DNA of 63,581 nt, the filler included, from Platydemus manokwari (Eukaryota), in NCBI GenBank assembly GCA_037951405.1. It is 6 parts of 6 records of this genome, joined end to end, with 100 filler letters (N's around TTAATTAATTAA, not from the genome) between each part and the next. Parts side by side here need not be neighbours in the genome. Positions count along the whole stretch, not along the records: positions 24,792 to 34,072 come from JBBMOY011272206.1; positions 34,173 to 43,484 come from JBBMOY011267207.1; 4 more parts are not named here. The stretch is one strand, 5' to 3'. Positions 24,864 through 38,700 of this stretch are shown one piece after another; positions within the stretch are counted from its first letter, which is position 1, and every line of letters begins with the position of its first letter. Under the pieces are notes generated by a model, which had not been told where the DNA came from, did not search any database, and saw only the letters and a program-made list of their open reading frames with translations. A program made the position numbers and the translations under genes.

Positions 24864-25486
24864 TATTTGATAAATAATACAGAATATATTATAAATATCA
24901 ATTATATCAACAATTGTTAATCATGTATGGTGGATCAAAACTGATTTTAAACATATTTTCGGGTTCGGAGCCTTTAAAGTTAGAAATGTCAACAGCTCTT
25001 GTATTAAATAACAGATATTGATATAATGTCTATAATTCTATTCTGGTTGTTTCAGAATCAGCTAGAGATCAATAATTACCTAATGATAATACCCACTTTA
25101 AGTTATTATTAAAATTGCCTTGCTTTTGTTAGCTTTAAATGTTTTGGCAATAAACTCTTGAACGAAATATATATATACTTTGCTATGGTATATTAATATT
25201 TGCGATTCGATTCTATAGAGATCTTAAATAGCTCGAAGATATAAATAGTTTTTAAAATAAGATCAGATTCAATAAAATTACACAAAAGATATGATTGCCT
25301 TTATTCTAATTCTGAGAACCAAATTTTATAAAATAATTTACTTTAGGTTTTTATAAAATATTGTATTTATTGTGGTGAAAAAATTATTCCACTCAACTTA
25401 ATCGAAATAGCTTTAAATTTAAATTATTCTAAAACCTCAGAATTTTTATTGAGATCTTACATTATATTTGTAAATTTATTTCTTAG

Positions 25487-26639
25487 ATTTCGAATATTTA
25501 ATGGGTAGTTTGGCGTTTATTCAAAATCCCGAAAGAATAAAGCAGTTCTATTCGGAACTATTTCAAAAAATGCCAGAAAATCTTGCTGATAATAATTATG
25601 ATAATTACTGCATCAACAACGAAAATGAATCAATGGATTGCTCTTTAGTGGGCAATTTCATGACAGAAAATATCATTCGATCTCTCTATTATCAACATTA
25701 TCTTAATGAATTAATCTCTATGTTCAGTGAGCAAGTCTGTGCTATAAAACAGGAAACACCAACCGACCCATTGTTGACACTTTTCACCAGTGGTATTAGA
25801 AACATAACCCAGTTCTTCAATCATGATCAGATATTTAAGAAACTTTATATCTATAATAAAGTTGAAGATTTCCCGGTAAGATTATTTTCTGTAAAATAAA
25901 CCCAGTGCGTTAGAAAAATAAATCGATGAAGGTTTAAAAATTATTTGGTTAAAGATTTTTGTGTGATCCACGTTTAATGTCTATTTTAAAATAATATGAT
26001 TTGTTAAATTTCAAATTTTGTTAATAATATGAACATTTTATAAATGAATGTTAGATCATATATAACAGAAAAACACAAGACGCATGAAGTACTACTGTAG
26101 AGTTGTGGTTTTTAAGAAATCAATAATCCATCTCATTCTAGTAGATTAATGATAATAACGCTTGCGGTGTAAAAATTTTTAATAATTGTGTAATTACTTG
26201 TATGGGATCACTTTACTCAGGTATCTGATTTATGGTTGATTGAATAAACTTTAAAACTCATTTGAGTCGACACATTCTTAGAGAATGCTATATTACTATA
26301 TTAGAAAATGCTGGTAATAGATAAATGCAACATGTACAATTAATGAATTTTTTCAGCTTATGGTTCAAAAACACGAACAAGAATTCTATCACAGTATTTT
26401 CCATTGCCCTGTTGATAAAACCGTTGTAACAGGTGATAATTCCGTTCTAAGACTCAAATGTGGACACGCTATTTCAAAAAGTGCTTTCAACCAGTTAACG
26501 AAAAATGAACAAAAAACGTAAGTGATTTATATAAATGTATGATATTTATTTAAATAGCTTTCCAAATTATAGAAAAATGAAGTGTCCTTATTGTCCCACA
26601 GAAACCAAAACAAATGAAGTATTAACTCTTGTTCTCTAA
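25487..26639 (+). CDS. RMND5: CTLH/GID complex RING subunit RMND5/GID2, 3' exons only: 25487-25875, 26357-26517, 26573-26639
   Basis: FEYLMGSLAF, DPLLTLFTSG, EDFP | YHSIFHCPV...RLKCGHAISKSAFNQL...| KMKCPYCP. Consistent GT-AG phases; TAA at 26637-26639. 5' exons not found before the linker. Confidence 0.9.
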
Positions 26640-28074
26640 ATACGAACCATGAAATTAGGAATGTCTCTCTCTAAATGTTATTGTATAGACAAAGAATTGT
26701 AGTAATTGAAATGATTTTTTTTGTTAAATATTATGTAATTTACTTTGAATGAAAATGTTAACATCGATTATTATGTCATTTATTTAGGAAATTATTTTTT
26801 TCATATTAAAAAGAAAACAAAACGATATTCATTATAGAAATGTATATTTTAGGCAAAATTTAATTATCAAAATAAAACTGAGCCATAGCTCGATTGTTAG
26901 CCAGTTTGTCAAATTTAAATAGGTTATTAATTCAACGATAAATTCAAACAAGTTCCATAAATCAGTTTCCACAACTGCTTGATAGTATAAAACCAATCCA
27001 CCACTACCAAAATTTAGTTATTTTGCTAAAAAAAAAGTTGTATTTTCATTGATTTTTGAGTAATAAAATTCTACTGGAAATAGATATTTTTGAAAGATTT
27101 GATCGAAATATTTACGAAACACTATTTTCAGATAGAATAATCGAGATCGTACGATTTTGGAAATTAATTATCACAACTTAAAACAAACTTAAATAAAAAC
27201 CAATAAACAGTAAATTATAAAGTCTATCACTCGAATAACTGGCATCGTTAATTTGTCAAAGTTAAAATGTATAGTACAGATCCAACAAACGCCAGGTGTA
27301 ATGTGTGTTCATGAACAGCTAATCTGTTGTACCTGAAATTAAAACAACAGTAAACAATCAATACTCAAAACATTTCACATTAATTGACATTGTTACAGAC
27401 GTAATCTAATAATACTAATCTTTTCAATGAATTCAAACACACAACACGACAATATAATTACAGTAGCGATAAATGTTATTGTCTGCAAAAATGAAATGAG
27501 GTAATTATCAATCAACAGGAAATATGAAAAATATGAAAGATTTATCACAAATCAATTCCATTATCAAAATGATTAATAATATTATCATAATTTCTAGTAC
27601 ATAATCTATACTGTGAAAAACGTTATTTTTTCCTATGCGTAACATGCATTTACTGAATTCATATCATTTTTTTATAAAACGATAGATTGGTTAATGATAT
27701 TAACAAACTCAAAACATCATAATCCGATGAAAATCGTATGTGAAAACTGGACTCTGTCCAATTTGATTTTGTGTACACGTGATTTTTTTTAATAAAGTTC
27801 ATTTTTGTCATAACATAGAAAATACAATAGTGGTAAAACAGAAGAACAGTTTTTAACGAATTTAGCTAACACTATAATATTCATTTCAAAGCTAGTCTCT
27901 TTTAAAGGATGTTGGAATGTTTCATTGTAATGTGAGAATCATTATCACAATTTATCACCGTGTGAACCTATCTTGGCTATAAAATCAATTGATAAAATGA
28001 GTTGTAATTAAAGTATCAATGTCAAAAAAATGTGATATTTTAGTGATTTTTAAAACATTATTATTACGGATAAA

Positions 28075-31000
28075 TTAATTGTTGATATTTCCACCTCCGC
28101 CTCGAATTCCTTGGCTGGCTTGTTGTGGTACGGAACCAGCACCTGGAGCATGACCTGCTCGGATTGGTTTGACAATTTGTGGGGCCGGCCCTCTTCGAGC
28201 AAGGTTTCGTTGTCTCACAGCCTCTTTAATTCTATCAACTTCGTGTTGATATCGTCTTCTGTCTCGCATAGCTCCTTCCTTGGCATCTTTCAATGCTGAT
28301 TCAAGGGCCTTGACTCTTTCCGTTGTGCTCTGTAGATTAAAAAAAAGAATTTCAGTATAAAATATTATATTATGATATAAAACTTCAATGATATTCCAAT
28401 GTGTATATATAGTGAGATATTATACAAACTAGATCAATTCTGTGGTATTTATGAATTAAGATTGCGTCAAAAAAGCCATTACAATATTGTCTTAATGATA
28501 AGAATAAGATAAAATTATTATTAAAAATACACAGATGACCAAATGTACAAAATAGGGAAAATTTTTAGTAATTAAGAATGTAATAAAAAATACAAATATT
28601 TCCCGTGTATTTGATAGATAAGAAATAACAATTTATAAATACGTATGTAATCAAATATGAGAAAATGTTTTATTGGACAAATAGAGAATAAAAAGTTGTT
28701 ATAGTTAGGCATCAGATTCAATTCAATGAACTAGATACGTATAATCAATAATAATGCACAAATTGAAGATTCCAAATCCAAAAAAGCTAAAAATCTATAT
28801 ATATGCATGAATCTCATATCAATATAAAATAATATTTCACAGCATGTCATAGAAAATTATAATGGCCAATTGATCAATTCAGATATTATGAACAAATAAT
28901 AAAACAAACTTTTAGTCTCTTTTCCAGTTTTGGTAACTCCAATCTCAGATCGGAATTATCCCTAACTAATTGTTTGTGAACTTTAGTGAGTTGTTCCAAA
29001 TTCATTTCTAGGAATTGAATTTTTTGTTTCTGTACTAGATTTCCAGAACGACTATCATCATCGTCGTCATCCTCTCCAATAATACCAGAATCCCTATTGA
29101 CACCACGTGTCGACTAAAATGATGAACATTTTTAAATGAATTATAAATATAGAAATAATTTTCTTCCAAAAATACCTTTTTCACCCTGTTGCTGAGATCT
29201 TGGACAAATAATTTACGTAAATTATGCAAAGTCTGTAATTCCTTCATCACGGTATCTTCAAGGCCTTTGAGATCTTGTCGAGCTTGTTCTCGCTTTTCAG
29301 CAGCTTTCTCCAGGCCTTCCAATTTTGCTGCTTTTACTTCTCCTTCTGCTACTACCTTTTCATATTCTTCCTTCAATTTCTCGTTTTGAAAGGTCAAATG
29401 ATGAATTTTGCTAAAAACATTAAGGAAAATAAAAATCTGGTGAAACATTTCATTTGAGGATTACTCTTTCATTTCTTCACTCATGCGTTGTTTCTCGTCC
29501 AATTTATCTCTCAGCTCTTTGATCTGCTGAGAATATTGTTCACTTTGGCGTTTGAATTCTTCATCTAGTTTTGACTTGATATCCAATTGTCCAGCGAGTA
29601 TTTCAGCTCGATTTTGAGCATTTGCATTGACGATGAGTTGCTCATTAGCTTTAAATTTGGAAACTTCGGCATTTAATTGATCGACTTGTTCTTCCAGTTT
29701 CCGTTTCTGTGCCTCAGTGTCATCGACTTTGTTGTTAAGTGTGTTCATTCGCACTTCAAACTGATTATCAAAGCATGAGATTCAGATTTATTCGATATAT
29801 ATAATGAATGTAAGTACTTCTTGGACTCGCAATCTCATGTCTCGCAATTCCTCATCGTTCTTTTTCAGGCTTTGGTGTTGTACTGTTCTTTCTTCTTCCA
29901 ACTGTTTAACGCGAGATTGTGTTGTCTTAGCCTCGGTCTTCATTTTGCTGATGTACAATCGGATAACTGTGAATTCCTCATCAATCTTTTCGATTCCAGC
30001 AAAAGATGGTTTCTATAAATCCAAAATTAATTACAATTTAGTTAATTGGAATACGGTTAATATATTTAATTTATCATATTTCTCTTACGCTTAATTGGTC
30101 ACTCATACACTCTCCTACGTCTCCGAGGTCTTTGATCAAGCTATTGAACATTTCTGCATATTTCTTTTTCTGAGTAACATAATTTTCTTTCAATTGTTGC
30201 AATTCATTTTCTTTGCAATTGATGCTCTGTGTTTGCTGATTGAATTGTTCCTGCATGTCTTCTAGTTCGTGGGTTCGATTTTGGATTTCTTGAATCTTTT
30301 GATCATAATTCATTGCTAATTCTTCAAGAGCCTGGAGAACTTCCTTTACTTCTTCTTTACTTGATTCATTTTCACTCTAAAATTTAGATGGTATAAAATG
30401 TGATTAATTTAGTAAATAGTGGGTGAAACTTGTAATCTGTTGAATTCTGCTTGAGTTCTTTCTTGATCTTGTCTGAGACTCTTAATTAATTCATCTTGTT
30501 CTTCAATTTGTTGCTTAAGTCGTTCAACAAGTTGAGCTTGTTTATTAATTTCGTCATCTTTGTCGTCCAATAACCGATATAACTCATTAACCGATGCACT
30601 ATCACCGACTTGAGCTGTAATTTTCACAAACTTTAACAACAGATTTCATCAAAACTATTTTTAAAATATTTAATTTTCAATAGATTTTTCCATGAGAAAG
30701 AAAATTTTCAATGATTAAATCAACACGTAACCCCTCCTCCAGGATCATTTATAATGAATAAATAATAAAACTCGATCTTATAATATTGATATGGTGTATA
30801 ATTCAAGAGTTATTTGATAGAAATATTTCATTACAAAATCAAACCTATGAATCCAATAAAAGATTACCAAATGTTTTAACTGCGATAATGAAATTATTTA
30901 TATTTCAAACAAATATGCAAAACAAATTGTTGATGCCTAGATTATTTATATATTTCAAGCTCAGCTTCGTAATTGCAGCATATTGTGATTAAAATTTGAT

Positions 31001-31734
31001 TAAATATTAATAAGCTAAATAGTTAATGATTATATTGAAGCCTATAGAATAGCTTAGTAACAGATTCATCTTGAAAATGTCAATCAATAGTCAAATAAAC
31101 TTCGAATGAAAACCATAACATATTAATGTTTTCATAAATACAATGAATATTATTGAATAATAAAAGTTAAACCATTGGTAAAATTAACAAACCTGGTCTT
31201 GGTTTTTGACTAGAAACATCAGGATTTAATCTATTTAAACTATCAGTTGATGCAGAAATAGATCCAAATTGGCTATTAGTCATATCTTTCACTTCTTCAG
31301 CTATTTGGTTATATTGTGATTCAGTAAACCATTCACTTTGATTGACCTTTTCACCTGAAAATCAATAATCATTGAATTGTTTAACTATTTGTGTTAATAT
31401 TTAAAAATTATATGAAAGAAAACATATTTTTTAATGAACCTGTTCGCCATTTCTTAATTTCTGCTTCTAAATTGATGATAATGGCTCTTAATTGTTTATT
31501 ACGTTGTTTTTCTTTTTCATATCTTCGTCGCCATTCTTCTGCAGTCAATTCCTCGTTGACACTAACACAATTTTTGATTGTTTTTGCTCTCATACCAAAC
31601 ATCAATGTTGATTTTGTTTCTGCATCATTGAATTCGGCAGGAGAACAGCAAATTACCATGGTGGTTCTTGCATTTCCACCGAGTGATTCTTGGAGAATCC
31701 TAGTTAACTTTGAATCTCGATATGGAATATGAGC
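28075..31734 (-). CDS. KHC: Kinesin-1 heavy chain, 3' part; exons 31734-31440, 31354-31193, 30614-30430, 30376-30089, 30012-29818, 29760-29465, 29410-29176, 29113-28910, 28329-28075
   Basis: [24 protein letters not shown]...[10 protein letters not shown], neck [92 protein letters not shown], tail QIVKPIRAG. All junctions GT-AG and phase-consistent. N-terminal motor exons not found before the linker at 34073. Confidence 0.96.
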
Positions 31735-34072
31735 CTAATTAATATAGAAATTAATTTAAAAGGTTTTATCATTTTTGTCAATTAATGTTAAAACATTCCT
31801 GTTGTTGTAATAATCAATAAGTTCAAATTAAGATAATATTTGATTTCCTTCAAATCAAATAAATCAGTAATCAATTAACATCACAACATTTCAAGACTTG
31901 ATAATGCCACAATTATAATAATTCTATTTTAAAACTACTATTTAGCAAGAATAAAATATAAAAGCATAACGATAAGACTTCTTTATCAATTGTTCGACAA
32001 CATTAAATTATTAAATTCATTAGATTAAATTACAGAGTTGAATGAATTAAACATTTTAAATTTGTAAAAATAACCAAACAGTACAATAACAGAAAATAAA
32101 AAAATTTATAAATTATAATCATTGAAAATATTTACCAACGACAAAAAATATATCTCATCAATATTTAACTGTTAAAATAATTATTTTTCAAGACATGTGT
32201 TTAATTTTCTGATTTTATGGAAAGGAATTATTTCAAGAAAATCAATATTATTATTTCTTAGATATGCACAAAGACATTTGAATCGATAATAAACTAAGAA
32301 ATGGGTAAAATGTAAAAGAACTGTTGTCTAATCAAATAATAGTCATATTAACACATCCTACAAGTATGTTTATTTGTGGACACACATAGATATGAGTCAC
32401 GACAGCAAGAACAGAAATGAAATATGCCCACTCGAATACTATTACAAAACAAGCAAAAATTTCAGAAATAATTATTTTGCATGCAAAATTTTGAAATTTT
32501 ATATCTATTGAGATTCAAACAAATTATAAATAGATTAGACAATCATGTATAACATTTTTCATTTATGAATTATTATTGGAAAATTCATGAATTATTGACC
32601 ATTAAAAATTACATATTGAACAATTTACTGTTAATTATTTTCGCCATTTATCATTTTAGATTTATTTCCTTTTTAAACTCAAATATGCAATCAAATGCAT
32701 ATCTTGAATAATTTCTTTTTGGTTATTAATGATTTTATGTAAACTATAATTTTCAAAAGAATTCTTCATATCGGCGACATTTATCAGTTGTATCCAAGTT
32801 GCAAGTTACAAATAATTTCAAATTTATCACTAAAATTAATTTAAATTTATTTTATGCTGTATCCAAAATGTATTTATCAAAATTAATAGGAAATTAATTT
32901 AACATATTCTACTCCATTAGGATTGCTGTAGACTATGAAATATAGACTAATATAAATTTTAATTTTGCTTTACAATTTCAATTTTTCAGATAATATTATT
33001 GTCTAAAATAGGCTTGCTTTCAGCATATAAACACGCCTATCACATTTTTACAAATTCCCTATACCACATTCTATTTCCAATATCTATTAGCGTTGTTAAT
33101 TTAATTGATAAATTATTTAGTCTTCAATCTAATCGACTAATCTGATATAAAAATTATTCAGTATTGGATCAACTTTATTATGAATATAATTATCTCATAG
33201 ATCGATAGATAGATTTAAGTGAACAAATCGTAATTTCAATANNNNNNNNNNATACATAATATTATTTTTTACAAAATTATAAATAATAAGTTGAAACTGA
33301 AATTTTATTCATTTCAGATAAAACTAAAAATCGATCATTTATAAACACATAATATATTCTTGTAAAATCATTTAAAGATAAATATAGCCATCGGTTTCAT
33401 ATTAGAACACTTGTCACAATTTTATTTACACATAAGTTGTTTAATAATAATTTATGACTTAATTAATAAATTGAATATTGAAATGGTACTAGGATATTAA
33501 AATTCAAAATACAAATTAAAGTTCAACATAATCATGACACAGATTAAAAAAATAAATTAACCGATTTGCTGTGATAATAAATTATTTGGATTAATTTGTA
33601 TAGTAAATACTTATTTCATTGTTATTAACACTATTTGTGAGAATATGATTCTAACAAATGATTTAGGTATAAAAATATGATATAGAACTACTTTTGAAAG
33701 CCACGTTACAATCAAAAAATAATAATTGAAGACAATTAGTTGGATTTATCATAGATAATACCGGATGTCAAATAAGACAACCGTTGATAGTAATTTCCTT
33801 TATCCATTTTTATTACAAATATCTGAATTCAATTGTAAACATTTTTATAAAATCAAATAAATATTTTTTTAAACAAATTGTTCAGATCTGATATATATAA
33901 AATGTGCTTATTTTTTTTATCAATACAATCCTATATGATATTACTTTCAAAAATAAAATATACTCAATCATTTAAGTGAATTAATAAAAAAATATTATTA
34001 TTGCTATAATTAATATCCCTAGAATAAATAGAACTAGCATTATGATTAAAAATAATATTACAACTAATATTT

Positions 34073-34172
34073 NNNNNNNNNNNNNNNNNNNNNNNNNNNN
34101 NNNNNNNNNNNNNNNNTTAATTAATTAANNNNNNNNNNNNNNNNNNNNNNNNNNNNNNNNNNNNNNNNNNNN
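34073..34172. other. Artificial contig linker N44-TTAATTAATTAA-N44
   Basis: Same 100-bp spacer. Confidence 0.95.
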
Positions 34173-34559
34173 AAATTACTGTCGGTGGTAACGAGGTGTT
34201 ACCAAAAATAGTAAGCGGAGGCTGGCTCAGTAAAATATAAATACTGAGTACAGGATAGACACAACACAATCACATTTACCCAAGGAACAGAATATCTTCA
34301 ACGGAGATAAACAGAATTTCATATCGAAACGGAATTGCAATTTCAGAAGGGAACGTAACGAAAACAATAGTCAATTCGCGAGGAATTATTTATATAATAT
34401 ATTTGTTCAAGGATCTATATTATCAGAGTGAAGATTTTTCCTGTTTTGTCAACATCGATAGTAAGTATTTAGTTTTTGTAATTATCATTTTTCACTTAAA
34501 TAAGCTAACATTTGGTAAAGATATTTTCATAATTAAATAATTCGATAACATACAACATT

Positions 34560-34980
34560 GCCGGAACTCTCTCTCTCATTACGCATCTTTCATTAGTCCG
34601 CTTCGGATTTTAGCTGGCTACTTGCTGAGGCAATGTGCCGGCCATTTGACAATTTTTTATTGTTCATTGTTTCAATCGTTATTGTTCCTTTGTGCTTCCG
34701 TAAATAAATCTTATTAACACTATTATTACTTTTTGATAATTAATATCGACAATTCATAACTTTATCAACAACGTGGGAATTCGTATAAATTTCGCCGTAA
34801 TTTTACCGATAATATTTTGTTACCCCACGTCGGGAAAATAACCAATTAACTTTTACAGGCTCACAACGGTGTCATCGTCAAAAGATTCAGCCAACATCTG
34901 ACCTTTAGAGAACACTAACATTAATTTTTCCAATAGCGTGGTCATCATACCCATTATTGAAGCCCCTTAGGACCAGATAA
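34560..34980 (+). repeat. Dispersed LTR-like repeat, copy A (homologous to 55845-56250, minus strand)
   Basis: Colinear shared blocks CTCT, CGGATT, GCTGAGGCAA, TAAATAAAT, TTTTCCAA(T/C)A-GC(G/T)-TGGTC, TTGAAGCCCC(T)TTAGGACCAG. Confidence 0.6.
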
Positions 34981-35758
34981 AATCAAATCACTCGCAAGGC
35001 TAAAATTTAATTTAACAGAATTAATGACAGAATTTCTCACTGCCTTGAAAAATTCCAGTGCATTAAACACGTAAGTAATGTAATAAATAAATATTCGCAG
35101 AAAATATCCGCGAGTGAGTCATTGCTGCCTATATAAGGCAGTGACTGTAATTAACAAACACAACAACTACAGTAAGATAGTAACATATTAACGTAATAGC
35201 AGAATCGACGCATAGCTATTTCATTCGAAGCGCGGTAATACATTACACCCGTATTACGATGTGGCAAAAGAAGATTTAATTGCACATAGGGGATCCAGAT
35301 TTTGTATATGCCCAGTACTCGTACTGGAAGAATATCAATTCCATGGGAAGATAAAGTAAGATCTATTAAATATAAAATGATCTATAATTTGTAAGCAGTC
35401 GCATATTCTTACTATTTATAGGGTTGATCCTCTCCATAATACCCGGTTTTACTTTTCTTGGGACCATTATTAATATCTAAAGCCACCTATCCCATATTTA
35501 TACGTGGATTAGAGTGATCAAAGTAGCATAAAAATATTATGTTTAGTGATTATCTGTGAGTCATAAGGATTAAAGCAGTATATAAACGAAACTGTCAAAA
35601 TATTGAGAAAACAAAGATTTATTGAATTGCTTTAATTATTGTATGAGTTCAGGAAATAGAAACTTGCTGTGACTCATTTTCCTCAAATAATCAATTTTAC
35701 CGTACATCGAACCACATAAACAAAGGAAAATTATATTAAAATTAAGTTGCAACCAACA

Positions 35759-35782
35759 ATATATATATATATATATATATAT
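35759..35782. repeat. (AT)n microsatellite
   Basis: About 11-12 consecutive AT units. Confidence 0.9.
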
Positions 35783-38700
35783 TTGATAACAGAAATAATC
35801 TAACTCATACGATTACAACGAAAAAGGTAAGGACATACATTTCAGGTTTTTAAATACGAATACTAATGGAAAAAATTACTATTGGACTCACCAAAGTAAA
35901 GATGGTGTTAACTTAAGCAGGGGCTTGTAATAAACAAAGATAATTTTATACTAACAAGTGAATTTATTGAACTGATCGATGTTGTGATGTCAATTGATTA
36001 TGACATTATAAACCCTACTATTTTTAAAAACGAGATTATTCATTGATTTTACGAACTGTCAAAACTAAATTAACTTGAAAAAAGATATGTAAGAATTCAA
36101 AATTTGAATACAGTTAATTATTATTACAAAATGAATATTTTTTAATGCGAAAAAATATGAAAAACATTCTGTAAACCAAACCTTTAAGGATGTCAAAACA
36201 TTATTTAAGCACAATTCTGATAAATAATGTAAATGATCGTTTCGTACTTCAGTATTTGCGACATAACATACTTCACTAATTGTTCTGATTGGATTTTCTA
36301 AAATCAAGATATGCGTATGAATGTATCAAAATTTATATAAATATTCAAACAATTACAGTTGCTAACCACATTCGTATAAATTACATTATGTTTGAACATA
36401 GTTTATAGAAAACGAAAAATTTCTCAATATATTCAAGTTAAAACGATTTTGAATATAAAATTTTGAATCAAATACAAAATTACAGATACCTTAAAATGAA
36501 AGGTGATGAAAAAGAAACCAAATAATATTCCCCATGATACTAAATATTAATATTAATGATAATAATAGTAGTAATAATAATAGATTAAGTATTCATAGAT
36601 TCAAGTTTAATATAATGAGTCACGCGATCACCTATCAAGTGTTAGTGATTCCATACTTCTATATCCAAAATTTCTCTGACCAAAATAATTTCTTGCAACT
36701 TGAGAATAAATTTGTCTATCTATTCCATTTATATTCATAACAACCGAAACTAGTTTTTATACTACTCTCGTGTATCTCGGCACGTGATTAAACTTTTGGT
36801 ATTTTAATCATTGGTTTTGTCCAGGATTTCCTTGAATCAAATGTTTCACTTGCTTAGAAACAAGATCTTTAACAATTGTTTCACATGTCAAGACTTAATT
36901 AAGTGCCTAAGTGTCAAATCTCTAGCAATCATTTTGTTGGACTGTTGCTAATTCAACGATTAAGTTAGTAATTAACTTTTTTATTTTAAAGTTGTCTATG
37001 AATCACCTCTTGCGTCTTCTCATTTTGTTTTTTCATTCCTTGTAAGTCGATACTATTTTATAAACAACGCGTTGAAAGCGAACTGAAAAATAACGACACC
37101 AACTTACATATATTTAAATATGATTATTTAAACAAATTAATAGAATTTTATAAAACTTGAATTAAATATTTAAAAATTTAATTCATTTAAAAATTCTCAC
37201 ATTCCTATATTTTTTTCATTAGATCCCAATCTATAGTACTAATCTTATTGAACTGTATTCGGGATTCAATGTAGTATTCTGCGTATCTTGCCATATTTTC
37301 GAACATAAAAGTTCATATTATTTTATGCTTTGTTAGGCAACAGCTCTAAAACCATTTTACGCTGCTTGCCTCTGGTAACAACATTAATCTCCACCCTGTA
37401 GCCAGCAGTTACAATCATGTTAAAGTATATACAAACATGCCAAATCACCATTCAATCACGTGACTCATTGGAAACAGAAAATTTGAATTGATAATTTATT
37501 ATAAATAATTATGAGGTAAACAATATATTTCATGCTTATTAAAATTTTTCCACCAGATAATAATTATAATAATCCATGAGAAATGATATCAAATTTAGCA
37601 ACGTTTCCAAATAGTACAAGCATATTTAACATTGATTAATTTAAACTTTAGTAAAGAATCACGCTCCGATATACCAAATATTTAAATTATATTTTTCATA
37701 AAATATTATATGTATATATACACTTTTGAAAGATTTAATAAAAACGCTTACTGACAGTCTTTAAATTCAGTTTGTTTTTTGAACAAAAAAACAATTGTAT
37801 TTCTGGATACAATATCTTCTATATCGCATATTCCAAGTTTTTTCACACTAAAATACAATTGACAATAAAGTGATACTTTGAGTAGGTTAACATCTTTAAA
37901 AAATAATATTCCAATAAAAAAGCACTGAAAGCCTGTGACTGGAAACGTTGAAAAATAATGAGACTAAAAATATCATTGGTTGATTATCCACAACAATCAA
38001 AGATGTATACCACCTTTTNNNNNNNNNNNNNNNNNNNNNNNNNNNNNNNNNNNNNNNNNNNNNNNNNNNNNNNNNNNNNNNNNNNNNNNNNNNNNNNNNN
38101 NNNNNNNNNNNNNNNNNNNNNNNNNNNNNNNNNNNNNNNNNNNNNNNNNNNNNNNNNNNNNNAATGAGCTAATTCAATGATGGATAACCTGGTTCCATTG
38201 AAATCAGATTGTACAGATTTATTATATTAACATTATTTCGGACGAATATAAAAACTGAAATAGGTTTATCATTAACATTTGGTGTCATTACCCTTGACTA
38301 GACTACAAATTCAATAAAAATGTTTAAAATTGAAACTTCAATTCATTTTGAAAAATGACATTATTTCCATGAATACTTAAATCAACATCTCATAAATTTT
38401 TGGACTCTTAAGAATTAGAACAAGAATTAGCTACTGGGTCTTTGAAATTTTTAACAGATTATCGGCTGGTTTCGTAGCTAGAGCCTTGAACCTACTATTT
38501 TGTATTTCTTTCTATAGATAAATAGATTTGATTAGATTAGATCATATTGAATTAGATTAGATTAGGTAGATAGATATAGTTATATTAAAAAGTTTAAAAA
38601 ACATCACAAAATTCAAGAATACTTCATATCATTAAGTAGCCACCAGCATCTATTTTCGTAGCTACATTTGCAAAAATAATGACCATTCTCGTTGGTACCT

